The translations under genes and the position numbers were made by a program. DNA of 63,864 bases, the filler included, from Nemertoderma westbladi (lineage: Eukaryota; Animalia; Xenacoelomorpha): NCBI GenBank assembly GCA_032718475.1. It is 4 parts of 4 records of this genome, joined end to end, with 100 filler letters (N's around TTAATTAATTAA, not from the genome) between each part and the next. Parts side by side here need not be neighbours in the genome. Positions count along the whole stretch, not along the records: positions 37,295 to 55,371 come from JAUCBJ010004965.1; 3 more parts are not named here. One strand, 5' to 3'. The number at the start of each line of letters is the position of its first letter. The stretch's first letter is position 1. The notes beneath the pieces were generated by a model that searched no databases, was not told where the DNA came from, and was given only the letters and a program-made list of their open reading frames with translations. Below, piece by piece: positions 37,295-51,522 of this stretch.

Positions 37295-40200
37295 TATTTA
37301 TCTATTAGATTCCAACCTGTCTCACTATATATATCTTTATCTATTAGATTCCAACCTGTCTCACTATATATATATTTATCTATTAGATTCCAACCTGTCT
37401 CACTATATATATATTTATCTATTAGATTCCAACCTGTCTCACTATATATATCTTTATCTATTAGATTCCAACCTGTCTCACTATATATATCTTTATCTAT
37501 TAGATTCCAACCTGTCTCACTATATATATATTTATCTATTAGATTCCAACCTGTCTCACTATATATATCTTTATCTATTAGATTCCAACCTGTCTCACTA
37601 TATATATCTTTATCTATTAGATTCCAACCTGTCTCACTATATATATCTTTATCTATTAGATTCTAACCTGTCTCACTATATATATCTTTATCTATTAGAT
37701 TCCAACCTGTCTCACTATATATATATTTATCTATTAGATTCCAACCTGTCTCACTTATATATCTTTATCTATTCGATTCCAACCTGTCTCACTATATATA
37801 TCTTTATCTATTAGATTCCAACCTGTCTCACTATATATATCTTTATCTATTAGATTCCAACCTGTCTCACTATATATATATTTATCTATTAGATTCCAAC
37901 CTGTCTCACTCTATATATCTTTATCTATTAGATTCCAACCTGTCTCACTATATATATATTTATCTATTAGATTCCAACCTGTCTCACTATATATATATTT
38001 ATCTATTAGATTCTAACCTGTCTCACTATATATATATTTATCTATTAGATTCCAACCTGTCTCACTCTATATATATTTATCTATTAGATTCTAACCTGTC
38101 TCACTATATATATCTTTATCTATTAGATTCCAACCTGTCTCACTATATATATCTTTATCTATTAGATTCCAACCTGTCTCACTTATATATATTTATCTAT
38201 TAGATTCCAACCTGTCTCACTATATATATATATTTATCTATTAGATTCCAACCTGTCTCACTATATATATCTTTATCTATTAGATTCTAACCTGTCTCAC
38301 TATATATATATTTATCTATTAGATTCCAACCTGTCTCACTATATTATATTTTATCTATTAGATTCCAACCTGTCTCACTATATATATCTTTATCTATTAG
38401 ATTCCAACCTGTCTCACTAATATATCTTTATCTATTAGATTCCAACCTGTCTCACTATATATATATATTTATCTATTAGATTCCAACCTGTCTCACTATA
38501 TATATATTTATCTATTAGATTCCAACCTGTCTCACTATATATATATTTATCTATTAGATTCCAACCTGTCTCACTATATATATCTTTATCTATTAGATTC
38601 CAACCTGTCTCACTATATATATCTTTATCTATTAGATTCCAACCTGTCTCACTATATATATATTTATCTATTAGATTCCAACCTGTCTCACTATATATAT
38701 ATTTATCTATTAGATTCTAACCTGTCTCACTATATATATATTTATCTATTAGATTCCAACCTGTCTCACTATATATATATTTATCTATTAGATTCCAACC
38801 TGTCTCACTATATATATATTTATCTATTAGATTCCAACCTGTCTCACTATATATATATTTATCTATTAGATTCTAACCTGTCTCACTATATATATATTTA
38901 TCTATTAGATTCTAACCTGTCTCACTATATATATATATTTATCTATTAGATTCCAACCTGTCTCACTATATATATATATTTATCTATTAGATTCTAACCT
39001 GTCTCACTATATATATATTTATCTATTAGATTCTAACCTGTCTCACTATATATATATTTATCTATTAGATTCCAACCTGTCTCACTATATATATCTTTAT
39101 CTATTAGATTCCAACCTGTCTCACTATATATATCTTTATCTATTAGATTCTAACCTGTCTCACTCTATATATCTTTATCTATTAGTTTCCAACCTGTCTA
39201 TATATATATTTATCTATTAGATTCTAACCTGTCCCACTATATATATATTTATCTATTAGATTCCAACCTGTCTCACTATATATATCTTTATCTATTAGAT
39301 TCTAACCTGTCTCACTATATATATCTTTATCTATTAGATTCCAACCTGTCTATATATATATTTATCTATTAGATTCTAACCTGTCTCACTTATATCTTTA
39401 TCTATTCGATTCCAACCTGTCTCACTCTATATATCTTTATCTATTAGATTCTAACCTGTCTCACTATATATATATTTATCTATTAGATTCCAACCTGTCT
39501 CACTATATATATATTTATCTATTAGATTCCAACCTGTCTCACTATATATATCTTTATCTATTAGATTCCAACCTGTCTCACTATATATATATTTATCTAT
39601 TAGATTCCAACCTGTCTCACTATATATATCTTTATCTATTAGATTCCAACCTGTCTCACTATATATATATTTATCTATTAGATTCCAACCTGTGTCACTA
39701 TATATATCTTTATCTATTAGATTCCAACCTGTCTCACTATATATATATTTATCTATTAGATTCCAACCTGTCTCACTATATATATATTTATCTATTAGAT
39801 TCTAACCTGTCTCACTATATATATATTTATCTATTAGATTCTAACCTGTCTCACTATATATATATTTATCTATTAGATTCTAACCTGTCTCACTATATAT
39901 ATATTTATCTATTAGATTCCAACCTGTCTCACTATATATATATTTATCTATTAGATTCCAACCTGTCTCACTCTATATATCTTTATCTATTAGATTCTAA
40001 CCTGTCTCACTATATATATATTTATCTATTAGATTCTAACCTGTCTCACTATATATATATTTATCTATTAGATTCCAACCTGTCTCACTATATATATATT
40101 TATCTATTAGATTCTAACCTGTCTCACTATATATATATTTATCTATTAGATTCCAACCTGTCTCACTATATATATATTTATCTATTAGATTCTAACCTGT

Positions 40201-40844
40201 CTCACTATATATATATTTATCTATTAGATTCTAACCTGTCTCACTATATATATATTTATCTATTAGATTCTAACCTGTCTCACTATATATATATTTATCT
40301 ATTAGATTCTAACCTGTCTCACTATATATATATTTATCTATTAGATTCTAACCTGTCTCACTATATATATATTTATCTATTAGATTCTAACCTGTCTCAC
40401 TATATATATATTTATCTATTAGATTCTAACCTGTCTCACTATATATATATTTATCTATTAGATTATAACCTGTCTCACTATATATATATTTATCTATTAG
40501 ATTCTAACCTGTCTCACTATATATATATTTATCTATTAGATTCTAACCTGTCTCACTATATATATATTTATCTATTAGATTCTAACCTGTCTCACTATAT
40601 ATATATTTATCTATTAGATTCTAACCTGTCTCACTATATATATATTTATCTATTAGATTCTAACCTGTCTCACTATATCTTTATCTATTAGATTCTAACC
40701 TGTCTCACTATATATATATATTTATCTATTAGATTCTAACCTGTCTCACTATATATATATTTATCTATTAGATTCTAACCTGTCTCACTATATATATATT
40801 TATCTATTAGATTCTAACCTGTCTCACTATATATATATTTATCT
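37295..40844 (-). repeat. ~39-bp minisatellite copying the dachshund exon/intron donor junction
   Basis: Minus-strand unit GATAAATATATATATAGTGAGACAG|GTTAGAATCTAATA; roughly 90 copies up to the contig end. Confidence 0.95.
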
Positions 40845-40986
40845 TTCTGTTGCGAGTTTTTGACTGCGGCGTTGACTAGGCCCTGAATGCTAATAAGGAG
40901 ATTCTCCGTGGATCCATTAAAGTAATTGGTTGTTGGAGGTTGAAGTTGTTGAACGGTTGGTCGAGACTCAATTACACCATTATTAT
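40819..40986 (-). CDS. dach: Dachshund exon, start of DachBox-C (DD2)
   Basis: GSTENLLISIQGLVNAAVKNSQQKDK resembles DACH SSIETLLTNIQGLLKVAIDNARAQEK; tgtatag| acceptor, ACAG|gttaga donor, 168 nt, phase 1-1. Confidence 0.8.
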
Positions 40987-41092
40987 CTATACAATTAAAA
41001 TAAAGAAAAGTAACAAAGATAAACACAGTGGCCTACCTTCTTAATAATTAATTATATCCAGTTTGTTATTTAGATTTTGTTCAGATGTCTTT

Positions 41093-42455
41093 AGTCGGTA
41101 TCAATATTATTACTGATGTATCTATCAAAGCCAATCGCCCGGTCGGTATCAATATTATTACTGATGTATCTATCAAAGCCAATCGCCCGGTCGGTATAAA
41201 TATTATTACTGATGTATCTATCAAAGCCAATCGCCCGGTCGGTATCAATATTATTACTGATGTATCTATCAAATCCAATCGCCCGGTCGGTATCAATATT
41301 ATTACTTATGTATCTATCAAAGCCAATCGCCCGGTCGGTTTCAATATTATTACTGATGCAGCTATCAAAGCCAATCGCCCGGTCGGTATCAATATTATTA
41401 CTTATGTATCTATCAAATCCAATCGCCCGGTCGGTATCAATATTATTACTGATGTATCTATCAAATCCAATCGCCCGGTCGGTATCAATATTATTACTTA
41501 TGTATCTATCAAAGCCAATCGCCCGGTCGGTTTCAATATTATTACTGATGCAGCTATCAAAGCCAATCGCCCGGTCGGTATCAATATTATTACTTATGTA
41601 TCTATCAAATCCAATCGCCCGGTCGGTATCAATATTATTACTGATGTATCTATCAAATCCAATCGCCCGGTCGGTATCAATATTATTACTGATGTATCTA
41701 TCAAATCCAATCGCCCGGTCGGTATCAATATTATTACTTATGTATCTATCAAAGCCAATCGCCCGGTCGGTATCAATATTATTACTGATGTATCTATCAA
41801 ATCCAATCGCCCGGTCGGTATCAATATTATTACTGATGTATCTATCAAAGCCAATCGCCCGGTCGGTATCAATATTATTACTGATGTATCTATCAAAGCC
41901 AATCGCCCGGTCGGTATCAATATTATTACTGATGTATCTATCAAATCCAATCGCCCGGTCGGTATCAATATTATTACTTATGTATCTATCAAAGCCAATC
42001 GCCCGGTCGGTTTCAATATTATTACTGATGTAGCTATCAAAGCCAATCGCCCGGTCGGTATCAATATTATTACTGATGCAGCTATCAAAGCCAATCGCCC
42101 GGTCGGTATCAATATTATTACTGATGTATCTATCAAATCCAATCGCCCGGTCGGTATCAATATTATTACTGATGTATCTATCAAAGCCAATCGCCCGGTC
42201 GGTATCAATATTATTACTGATGTATCTATCAAAGCCAATCGCCCGGTCGGTTTCAATATTATTACTGATGTATCTATCAAAGCCAATCGCCCGGTCGGTA
42301 TCAATATTATTACTGATGTATCTATCAAAGCCAATCGCCCGGTCGGTATCAATATTATTACTTATGTATCTATCAAATCCAATCGCCCGGTCGGTATCAA
42401 TATTATTACTGATGCAGCTATCAAAGCCAATCGCCCGGTCGGTATCAATATTAAT
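41093..42455. repeat. 48-bp minisatellite (GTCGGTATCAATATTATTACTGATGTATCTATCAAAGCCAATCGCCCG)
   Basis: Period 48; yields artefactual 16-aa-repeat ORFs. Confidence 0.96.
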
Positions 42456-42552
42456 ACTACAGGGTTTCCGAGATCATAGATAAGTATTTTGCCACGTTAT
42501 TTGGGGCCTTTAAAGGTATATTTTTTTGTATAAAATACTCTGAGAGAAAGAG

Positions 42553-42760
42553 AGAGATTGATAATAAAGAAAGAGAGATTGATAATAAAGAAAGAAAGAT
42601 TGATAATAAAGAAAGAGAGATTGATAATAAAGAAAGAGAGATTGATAATAAAGAAAGAACGATTGATAATAAAGAAAGAGAGATTGATAATAAAGAAAGA
42701 GAGATTGATAATAAAGAAAGAGAGATTGATAATAAAGAAAGAACGATTGATAATAAAGAA
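42553..42760. repeat. 21-bp minisatellite (GATTGATAATAAAGAAAGAGA)
   Basis: About 10 tandem copies. Confidence 0.95.
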
Positions 42761-42826
42761 CTTGTTGTTTTCTCATTTAATTACCAGGGCAGAAATAACT
42801 CCAAAAAGATAGTCTATATTTTCCTG

Positions 42827-43206
42827 TGTAACGTTCTAATTAACTCTTGTGCAATAATTATTATTGTTGAAAGTGCACTTTATTAGCCTGTATCATAGGA
42901 TATAATACCTAGGAGTAATATAGCTGTTAATGCCATATGTTTGTCCTGAGTTAACCTTGTATAGTGCCAGAGTATTATAAGATATGGTGATGGTGATGGA
43001 AAGGATTATTAAATCCTTTCTTAATAATCCTTTCCATCACCATCACCATATCTTATAATACTCTGGCACTATACAAGGTTAACTCAGGACAAACATATGG
43101 CATTAACAGCTATATTACTCCTAGGTATTATATCCTATGATACAGGCTAATAAAGTGCACTTTCAACAATAATAATTATTGCACAAGAGTTAATTAGAAC
43201 GTTACA
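42827..43206. mobile_element. Perfect foldback (palindromic MITE-like) element
   Basis: Arms 42827-43012 and 43021-43206 are reverse complements; 8-nt spacer; TGT...ACA termini; TCCTG on both sides. Confidence 0.85.
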
Positions 43207-43238
43207 TCCTGTACTTAATAAACAGTCACACAATTAAC

Positions 43239-43469
43239 CTTGTCTATGAGATACCGCGGCACCCCGCCTGGAATAATCTCCCACATTGTCATCACTGGCG
43301 TTATCTTCGTCGCTTTCGTACATGGATCCGGTTGGTTTGCCATCTCTGTCTGCTGTGTGGTTGAGTCCCACAAACCCATGGGGTGGATCCCCAGGAACTG
43401 ATGAAATTCTGTTACGCAAATACTGAGGTAAATCAACCACGTCTCTCGGAAATTGAGTCGCTGTAAATT
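43239..43469 (-). CDS. dach: Probable internal dachshund exon (acidic linker)
   Basis: tttctag| acceptor, CAAG|gttaat donor, 231 nt open frame (FTATQFPRDVVDLPQY...YESDEDNASDDN), phase-1 end compatible with the DD2 exon. Confidence 0.6.
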
Positions 43470-44494
43470 CTAGAAATATAAATGATTTTAAATTAACTCA
43501 AGTGCAGACGATGCTACATCCTACGACATTCCTGTATGGCACACATAATATTTTGATTTAAATGCCTATACTGCAGGTCATGGAAATGTCGGGGTGCAAA
43601 TTTGAAATATTAGTTGTGAAAAAAGATTTAGACAGACCCGACTGGGTACATTACAAAAATACCTTTAATTGAATTGGAGTCGTCGTTGACACGTGACCTC
43701 TTTAGTAAAGGAAACCCATTTATAGACGCATGACTCATCTGATGGTTGTAATCTGATTGGCTGAGGCCCATAGAGTCACCTACAGCCTCGGGGCGCAATT
43801 GTTGAAACGGACCTGAGCGTTTTGGGGGTCTACCCGGTCGACTGCTATAATATAATAGTATATGTTGATACTGAGGAAGCTTGAACTTCCCTGAGTTAAA
43901 CGACTACCTATCTGCCAGATAGTGACACTAACAGACAGCTAGTAAGCTATCTGATGTGGTAATTTATGGTAAAATATGACAATTACTGTGGTTGAAAGTG
44001 GCCAAAAGAAATCACTTATTTTTAATTTTTATTTTGATTATTATTTTCTTAATTTCAACCCGGGTTGACATTGTTTTCAATCTGTTTTGATATTAATGAC
44101 AAATAAAATAAAAAAAGTAGTCGGCGGGGTTTAAAGTAGGAAAATTATTGATTAAAAAAAAATGGTGGAATTGATTAATAAAATGTTTTTTACACTGGAA
44201 TAAGAATATAATTGGTATTATAAAACTTTGAAATGGATTTGTAAATACCATTGATGTAGATATAGTGTAGTGACATTGTTATTCCATTTCACATAAACGT
44301 TTTAACTAAAACTGTATAATAACGAAAGAAAGTTGATAGGATTTCAACCAGATCAGTACGAAATTATTTTTGGTATTTTCACCCCCCCTGATCCACTCTT
44401 TTATCTTTGTCATCTTACGATCAATTCAAACCCAAACTCATCTACAATATGATACAGACTTTACTGTGTATAACCCTCACGTTTCCATCAATCG

Positions 44495-44805
44495 CGACAT
44501 TCCTTTACGTCCATTCCCGACATTCCTTTAAGTCCATTAGCGGTATTCCTATAAGTCCATTAGCGGTATTCCTTTAAGTCCATTAGCGGTATTCCTATAA
44601 GTCCATTAGCGGTATTCCTTTAAGTCCATTAGCGGTATTCCTATAAGTCCATTAGCGGTATTCCTATAAGTCCATTAGCGGTATTCCTTTAAGTCCATTC
44701 GCGATATTCCTTTAAGTCCATTCGCGATATTCCTATTGTCCATTCGCGATATTCCTTTAAGTCCATTCGCGATATTCCTATTGTCCATTCGCGATATTCC
44801 TTTAA
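44495..44805. repeat. 23-bp minisatellite (GTCCATTAGCGGTATTCCTATAA), resuming at 46359-46435
   Basis: Same unit on both sides of the piggyBac-like insertion. Confidence 0.9.
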
Positions 44806-46358
44806 CCCTATTAAACCCGGGGGGGGGTCAATATGACCCCTCCCGTGGTTTTTTTATTATAATTATGAAACAAACGCAGTTGGGAATCTGACATTTTATG
44901 ACTTTTCCTAAAAATCTATTGTCTTCCTTGTAGTGAAAACCGTTTTCAAAAATATTGGGTACTTTTCGAGTTATAGCACCATTTTTTAACCCTACTTTTG
45001 GCACTTTTTTTGAGACGTTTTTTGAAAATTACATTTCATTAAATATGAATTGTAACATCTCTATTTTTGATTTACCCCGTTTTTTTGGTGTTAGAAATTT
45101 GATAGAATTCATATAAGTTGATTTAGAAATTTCAAACTTGTTTTTTTCGGTGGGTGCCAAATTTTGGTGCCAGCACCAAATTTTGAAATAAGTCAATTTT
45201 GTTAATTGATCGTTTGAAACTTGTTTTTTTACGCAATTGGGGTTTTTTGGGTTTCTGGATTCGATGAAATATATACGAGTTGCACCAAGCGTATCAAACT
45301 TGTATTTTTCGGTGCTGTGTGCAAATTTTGGTGCTAGCACGAAATTTTGAAAATCCATTCAATAGATAAAATTGCTTGTGACAATTTATTTCTTGCGTTT
45401 TAGAGGTTTACGGCTGTTCTGAATTCAATGGAAAATATAATTATCGAACTAGACATCTCAAACTTGTATTTTTCGGATGTGGGTGCAAAATGTGGTGCTA
45501 GCACCAAATTTTGAAAACCATCAAATATATCAATTGATTGTTTCACCTTCTTTCTTGCGTTATACGGGTTTGTGATGGTTCTGAATTCAATGGAATCAGT
45601 AAAAATTTCAGAAGAGTTCTTAAACTTATATTTTTCGCCGGTGGGTGAAAATTGTTGTGCCAGCACCAAATTTTGGAAAATATGCAAATTGATAAGTAGA
45701 TAGTATCACCTTGTTTCTTGCGATATACGGGTTTATGAGGGTCCTGAATCCGATGGAATCAATAAAAACAGCACTGGACATCGATAACTTGTACTTTTTG
45801 GTAATGGGTACGAAATTTGGTGCTAGCGCCAAAATTTGCCAAATTACGCCGAAAAATACAAGTAGCAATGATCTGGCATATTAGAAATGTATTCCATTAG
45901 AATCAGCGCCCTCGAAAACCTGAAAATGTGAATTTATAGCATCGTATAAGCGAATTAAAAATTTTGTGTTCTAACTGAAAAGTGCTGGTTACTTGTTTTT
46001 TTCATTTTTTTCCTAGGCAGAGAGGACTAAACAGCCATTTATAGTAATCATATCATTTTTTAATATTTTCCAATGTATTTTGCACTCCAGAAAACCTGTA
46101 TTGAAAAATAATTAGCCGAAAATGTAACTTTCAAATTTGGTGAAAATTGTGCACTACTTGTAATTTTGGTGCTGCAATATAACCACCCCAGAACATTTTT
46201 TCGAAAATTTTTTTTTTCGGTCGGATCCAGACAAGTGATAACTACTTATAAACAAAAAATCAGACGTTTTCGTTAATATTTGTAGATTTTAGAGGGGGGG
46301 GTCAATATGACCCCTCCCCGGTATTTGTACAACATTTTATAGCCCGGTACTAATAGGG
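44806..46358. mobile_element. Non-autonomous piggyBac-like element
   Basis: TTAA TSD (44802-44805 / 46359-46362); CCCTATTA...TAATAGGG termini; subterminal GGGGGGGTCAATATGACCCCTCCC at both ends; internal ~175-bp diverged repeats; no transposase. Confidence 0.88.
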
Positions 46359-47062
46359 TTAAGTCCATTCGCGATATTCCCTTAAGTCCATTCCCGATAT
46401 TCCTTTGTCCATTCGCGATATTAGCGGTATTCCTACATCGAAGTATTTAGTAACTTTGTATGTTTGTAAACATTATCGCACATTATAATTTAGTGATGCA
46501 ATTAGTTGATCATCTTATTGTGATTTGATTTCAGTTCGTAAAGGATTACCGACTTTATTTAACAGTTCGTAAAGGATTACCGACTTATATTTTTCTATAC
46601 TTTGTATTTCTGTTTTGTTGTATTTGTGAAGAAATTAGAACGTTATATTCCGCTTCATTAAAGGCCATTACATGAATTCTAATGAGTTGGTTCCTATAAA
46701 GCGGATAGAAGCCAGATGGTGAAACGATTAAACATTCCAGCAGTGATTCGAGTTCGGGTAATGTAATGAATGACCCAGCCGTTTGGGACAGTTCGAGAGA
46801 GATTGGCGAAGATGGCTCAAAATTCTTGTGGTTGCAAATTTGGATGCAGATGATTGTGTTAGTGCCCAACAGAAAGGGAGCACTACTGCGACTGGGACAC
46901 ACATTGGATTGAAAATGAAGTTGTTACTATCAATCCAACGTCCAGAAAACGTCCATCTCTCTCTCTATGTATTGGAAAGAATACGCATAGACATAATGAC
47001 ATAAGAATTGAATACAGATAGTTAGAATAAATAAATTATAAACAATTATTCATAATAAAGCG

Positions 47063-48768
47063 ATGTAACGCAGTTGATACAAGACAACGCACACCTTTGT
47101 AACGCAGTTGATACAAGACAACGCACAACATGTAACGCAGTTATGATTCAAGACAACACACACCATGTAACGCAGTTATGATTCAAGACAACACACACCA
47201 TGTAACGCAGTTATGATTCAAGACAACGCACAACATGTAACGCAGTTATGATTCAAGACAACACACACCATGTAACGCAGTTATGATTCAAGACAACACA
47301 CACCATGTAACGCAGTTATGATTCAAGACAACGCACAACATGTAACGCAGTTATGATTCAAGACAGCACACACCATGTAACGCAGTTATGATTCAAGACA
47401 ACACACACCATGTAACGCAGTTATGATTCAAGACAACACACACCATGTAACGCAGTTATGATTCAAGACAACACACACCATGTGTAACGCAGTTATGATT
47501 CAAGACAACGCGCAACATGTAACGCAGTTATGATTCAAGACAACACACACCATGTAACGAAGTTATGATTCAAGACAACGCACACCATGTAACGCAGTAT
47601 GTATGATACAAGACAACACACACCATGTAACGCAGTTATGATTCAAGACAACGGACACCACGTAACGCAGTGATACAAGACAACACACACCATGTAACGC
47701 AGTAGATTCAAGACAACACACACCATGTAACGCAGTGATACAAGACAACACACACCATGTAACGCAGTAGATTCAAGACAACGCACACCATGTAACGCAG
47801 TTATGATTCAAGACAACGCACACCATGTAACGCAGTAGATTCAAGACAACACACACCATGTAACGCAGTGATACAAGACAACACACACCACGTAATGCAG
47901 TGATACAAGACAACACACACAATGTAACGCAGTAGATTCAAGACAACACACACCATGTAATGCAGTATGATACAAGACAACGCACACCATGTAACGCAGT
48001 AGATTCAAGACAACACACACCATGTAACGCAGTATGTATGATACAAAACAACACACACCATGTAACGCAGTATGTATGATACAAAACAACACACACCATG
48101 TAACGCAGTATGATACAAAACAACACACATCATGTAACGCAGTATGTATGATACAAAACAACACACACCATGTAACGCAGTGATACAAGACAACACACAC
48201 CATGTAACGCAGAGATACAAGACAACACACACCACGTAACGCAGTGATACAAGACAACACACACCATGTAACGTAGTAGATTCATGACAACACACACCAT
48301 GTAACGCAGTATGATACAAGACAACACACACCATGTAACGCAGTATGTATGATACAAAACAACACACACCATGTAACGCAGTATGATACAAAACAACACA
48401 CACCATGTAACGCAGTGATACAAGACAACACACCCCATGTAACGCAGAGATACAAGACAACAAACACCACGTAACGCAGTGATACAAGACAACACACACC
48501 ATGTAACGCAGTAGATTCAAGACAACACACACCATGTAACGCAGTATGATACAAGACAACACACACCACGTAACGCAGTGATACAAGACAACACACACCA
48601 CGTAACGCAGTGATACAAGACAACACACACCATGTAACGCAGTATGATACAAGACAACACACACCACGTAACGCAGTGATACAAGACAACACACACCACG
48701 TAACGCAGTGATACAAGACAACACACACCATGTAACGCAGTTATGATTCAAGACAACACACACCATGT
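47063..48768. repeat. 32-38-bp minisatellite (CATGTAACGCAGTTATGATTCAAGACAACACACAC)
   Basis: Main period 35 with length variants. Confidence 0.95.
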
Positions 48769-50125
48769 ATTTTATTATACAGATAGTTTCACCTCCCTCC
48801 TCCTTATACTGGGTGAGCCTAAATTTTTATTTTCGCTTTATTCTTTGGCTACAAGCGTTTGATAAAGTGACCCCGTCGATATAAATCGAATTACGACACT
48901 ATCTTGCGGGACATGGTATATGTGGGTGAGCCGAGATCACTGACGCACGACTTTGAGTAAAATACACAGCTATGGATATAAGACGTAGTACGGGCAGGTA
49001 TAATGAGGATAGCTACCTCATGAACTCATCTGTTGATGTTGATGTTATTACCGGAAAAGTGTTCCAATTAGCGAAGTACTCGAGTTTCTAAAGCCCTTTC
49101 GATATACAGAAATACCTTGACATATTGACGAGGACAGGATATTACCATTTGCAATTGAAATTATCTCAAATAATTTTCCCTATAAGACTGTCACTGTGGT
49201 TTCCTCTTCACTTTCCCCTAAGGGGTTCTGATTAGGGCAGTTTATGCAGCAACTAAAGCAGTTTAAAATAAGGCCGGTAAGTTAATAAAGTACCGAAACA
49301 GTAATTAGCCTGGCTCGTTCTCCATCTCTAAGAACCAAGTTACTGTTAATAGTATGTTCAATGGTCATTCCTATTCGTAATTTTGTAAAGGGCAGGTAAT
49401 TTTGCTAATTGCACTCTAACTAATTTTATTATATCTCCCAACAACACCAACTCATCCACGACGCGATCTACAGCTTATTCACTCAAATCACAAAATCAAT
49501 AAAATTATGTATTCGTCATAGACTTGGGGCCTTTTCCGTGCTAATAGGTCAACTGAATTACGCAATATAAGATGCACAGCCCAGAGCGTTCGTAGTTAAT
49601 AACGGTTCACTCCGTCGCCGAACGAAAGGGGGGGGGGGGGGGGGGGGGGGGGGGGGTGTAGAAAGCCGTAAATAACAAGACAAAGAAAATAAATACTGAA
49701 AGGCAAGGCGAGATTGTTAAGTCCAACGCTGATGTTGGTAGGCCCAATAACACATGAAGCGCCCCGTGCGTTGGGTCGCCCAGAGCCCATATGATTTACA
49801 ACGGGGCCCCAAGGATGTGCGTCCGAGATTCACTGTGTTACAGTAATCACGCTGCAATCACAATGACCACAGTCGCAGACCATAGGCAACCATTCTACCA
49901 AGTTATTTGCAGGCCTTTCTATTGTTGTGGGACAAGGGATTTTATCTATTTTATAACGGAAGCCTTTCCTACTTAGGCATTGCTGCAGCTCAGTTTATCA
50001 CTGTGACTGATTATCTCTGATTCACCCGGTCTTTCATCACTTCTAACTTCTAAGTGATTTAGGCCCCTGGCTTCATGCAAGAATCTAGTCTTGTAAATAA
50101 GATGGACGGACTAAATAATTTATAG

Positions 50126-50784
50126 GCCCCCAATGTAATACATCGGCCGGGATTCGGCGGCCCCAATGTAATACATCGGCCGGGATTCGGCGGCCCCCAT
50201 GTAATACATCGGCCGGGATTCGGCGGCCCCAATGTAATACATCGGCCGGGATTCGGCGGCCCCAATGTAATACATCGGCCGGGATTCGGCGGCCCCCATG
50301 TAATACATCGGCCGGGATTCGGCGGCCCCCATGTAATACATCGGCCGGGATTCGGCGGCCCCAATGTAATACATCGGCCGGGATTCGGCGGCCCCAATGT
50401 AATACATCGGCCGGGATTCGGCGCCCCCATGTAATACATCGGCCGGGATTCGGCGGCCCCAATGTAATACATCGGCCGGGATTCGGCGGCCCCAATGTAA
50501 TACATCGGCCGGGATTCGGCGGCCCCCATGTAATACATCGGCCGGGATTCGGCGGCCCCAATGTAATACATCGGCCGGGATTCGGCGGCCCCAATGTAAT
50601 ACATCGGCCGGGATTCGGCGGCCCCAATGTAATACATCGGCCGGGATTCGGCGGCCCCAATGTAATACATCGGCCGGGATTCGGCGGCCCCAATGTAATA
50701 CATCGGCCGGGATTCGGCGGCCCCAATGTAATACATCGGCCGGGATTCGGCGGCCCCAATGTAATACATCGGCCGGGATTCGGC
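50126..50784. repeat. 33-bp GC-rich minisatellite (GCCCCAATGTAATACATCGGCCGGGATTCGGCG)
   Basis: About 20 copies; 11-aa-repeat ORFs are artefacts. Confidence 0.96.
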
Positions 50785-51522
50785 ACAACTATTTGCCGAT
50801 AAATATTACTTTGTTTTATTAGATGGATCTGGTTTTCCCATTCCAATTCCAGACAAACTCCAAATATTTTATGCAGCATTCGCATTCATTTATTACCACT
50901 TGAAACACGTTGAAAACGACAGGTTGCCCCTTGTCCGTCCGTATGTACAATAACACATTACATATAAATATTTAAGCGAATAAGTTGTTGTAAAACGAAT
51001 TGACAGGTTGCAAACGAAAACGAAATGTTTCAATCCCCCAATTAATTCTGACCAGACGAGAAAACTCGCGCCGCAGCCGTTTGGAAGCTCTACTGCTGAC
51101 AGCCATGGTTGTACGAATTCTTTGTATTCTCGGAAAGTAAGATATATTAAAAAGCCCCAGAGGTACGAATAAATTGGATTGGGATATGAATTAGTTAATA
51201 ATTCACAGCTAGAGAAACATATGGGTATAATCAGTAAATTCTCCTCCAACTGAGGTGGCAAGTAATATTCGATAGATGATGATAATTGGTTGTTTGTATT
51301 TTAAACATGTGGTGGGTTTGGTAATGGATACTTTGAGAAACCATTACTGTTGAGTGAGATCATAGGAAAAGGTAAATGCGCAAAATATAAGTAATTGTAT
51401 ATTATATGGAAAATAAATATGCTTTTTTTACCGCTGTTCATCAGATCAGATCATCTGCCGAGCGAGTGTTAAGTTGTTTGCAAGGTTGATTCACCAAGGG
51501 TTGAAAAGGAAACAGTTATTTG

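Noticed and set aside
46585-47004. ORFs of 105 and 73 aa in a dachshund intron
   Set aside because: No recognisable domain or convincing splice signals.
48850-49140. Very decayed RT-like fragment (AFDKV...)
   Set aside because: Only one short motif among stops and frameshifts.
51053-51128. Possible small dachshund exon (RTTMAVSSRASKRLRREFSRL)
   Set aside because: Frame fits the preceding exon and it resembles a basic NLS, but the acceptor is non-consensus (GAG or AAG); not supportable without RNA data.
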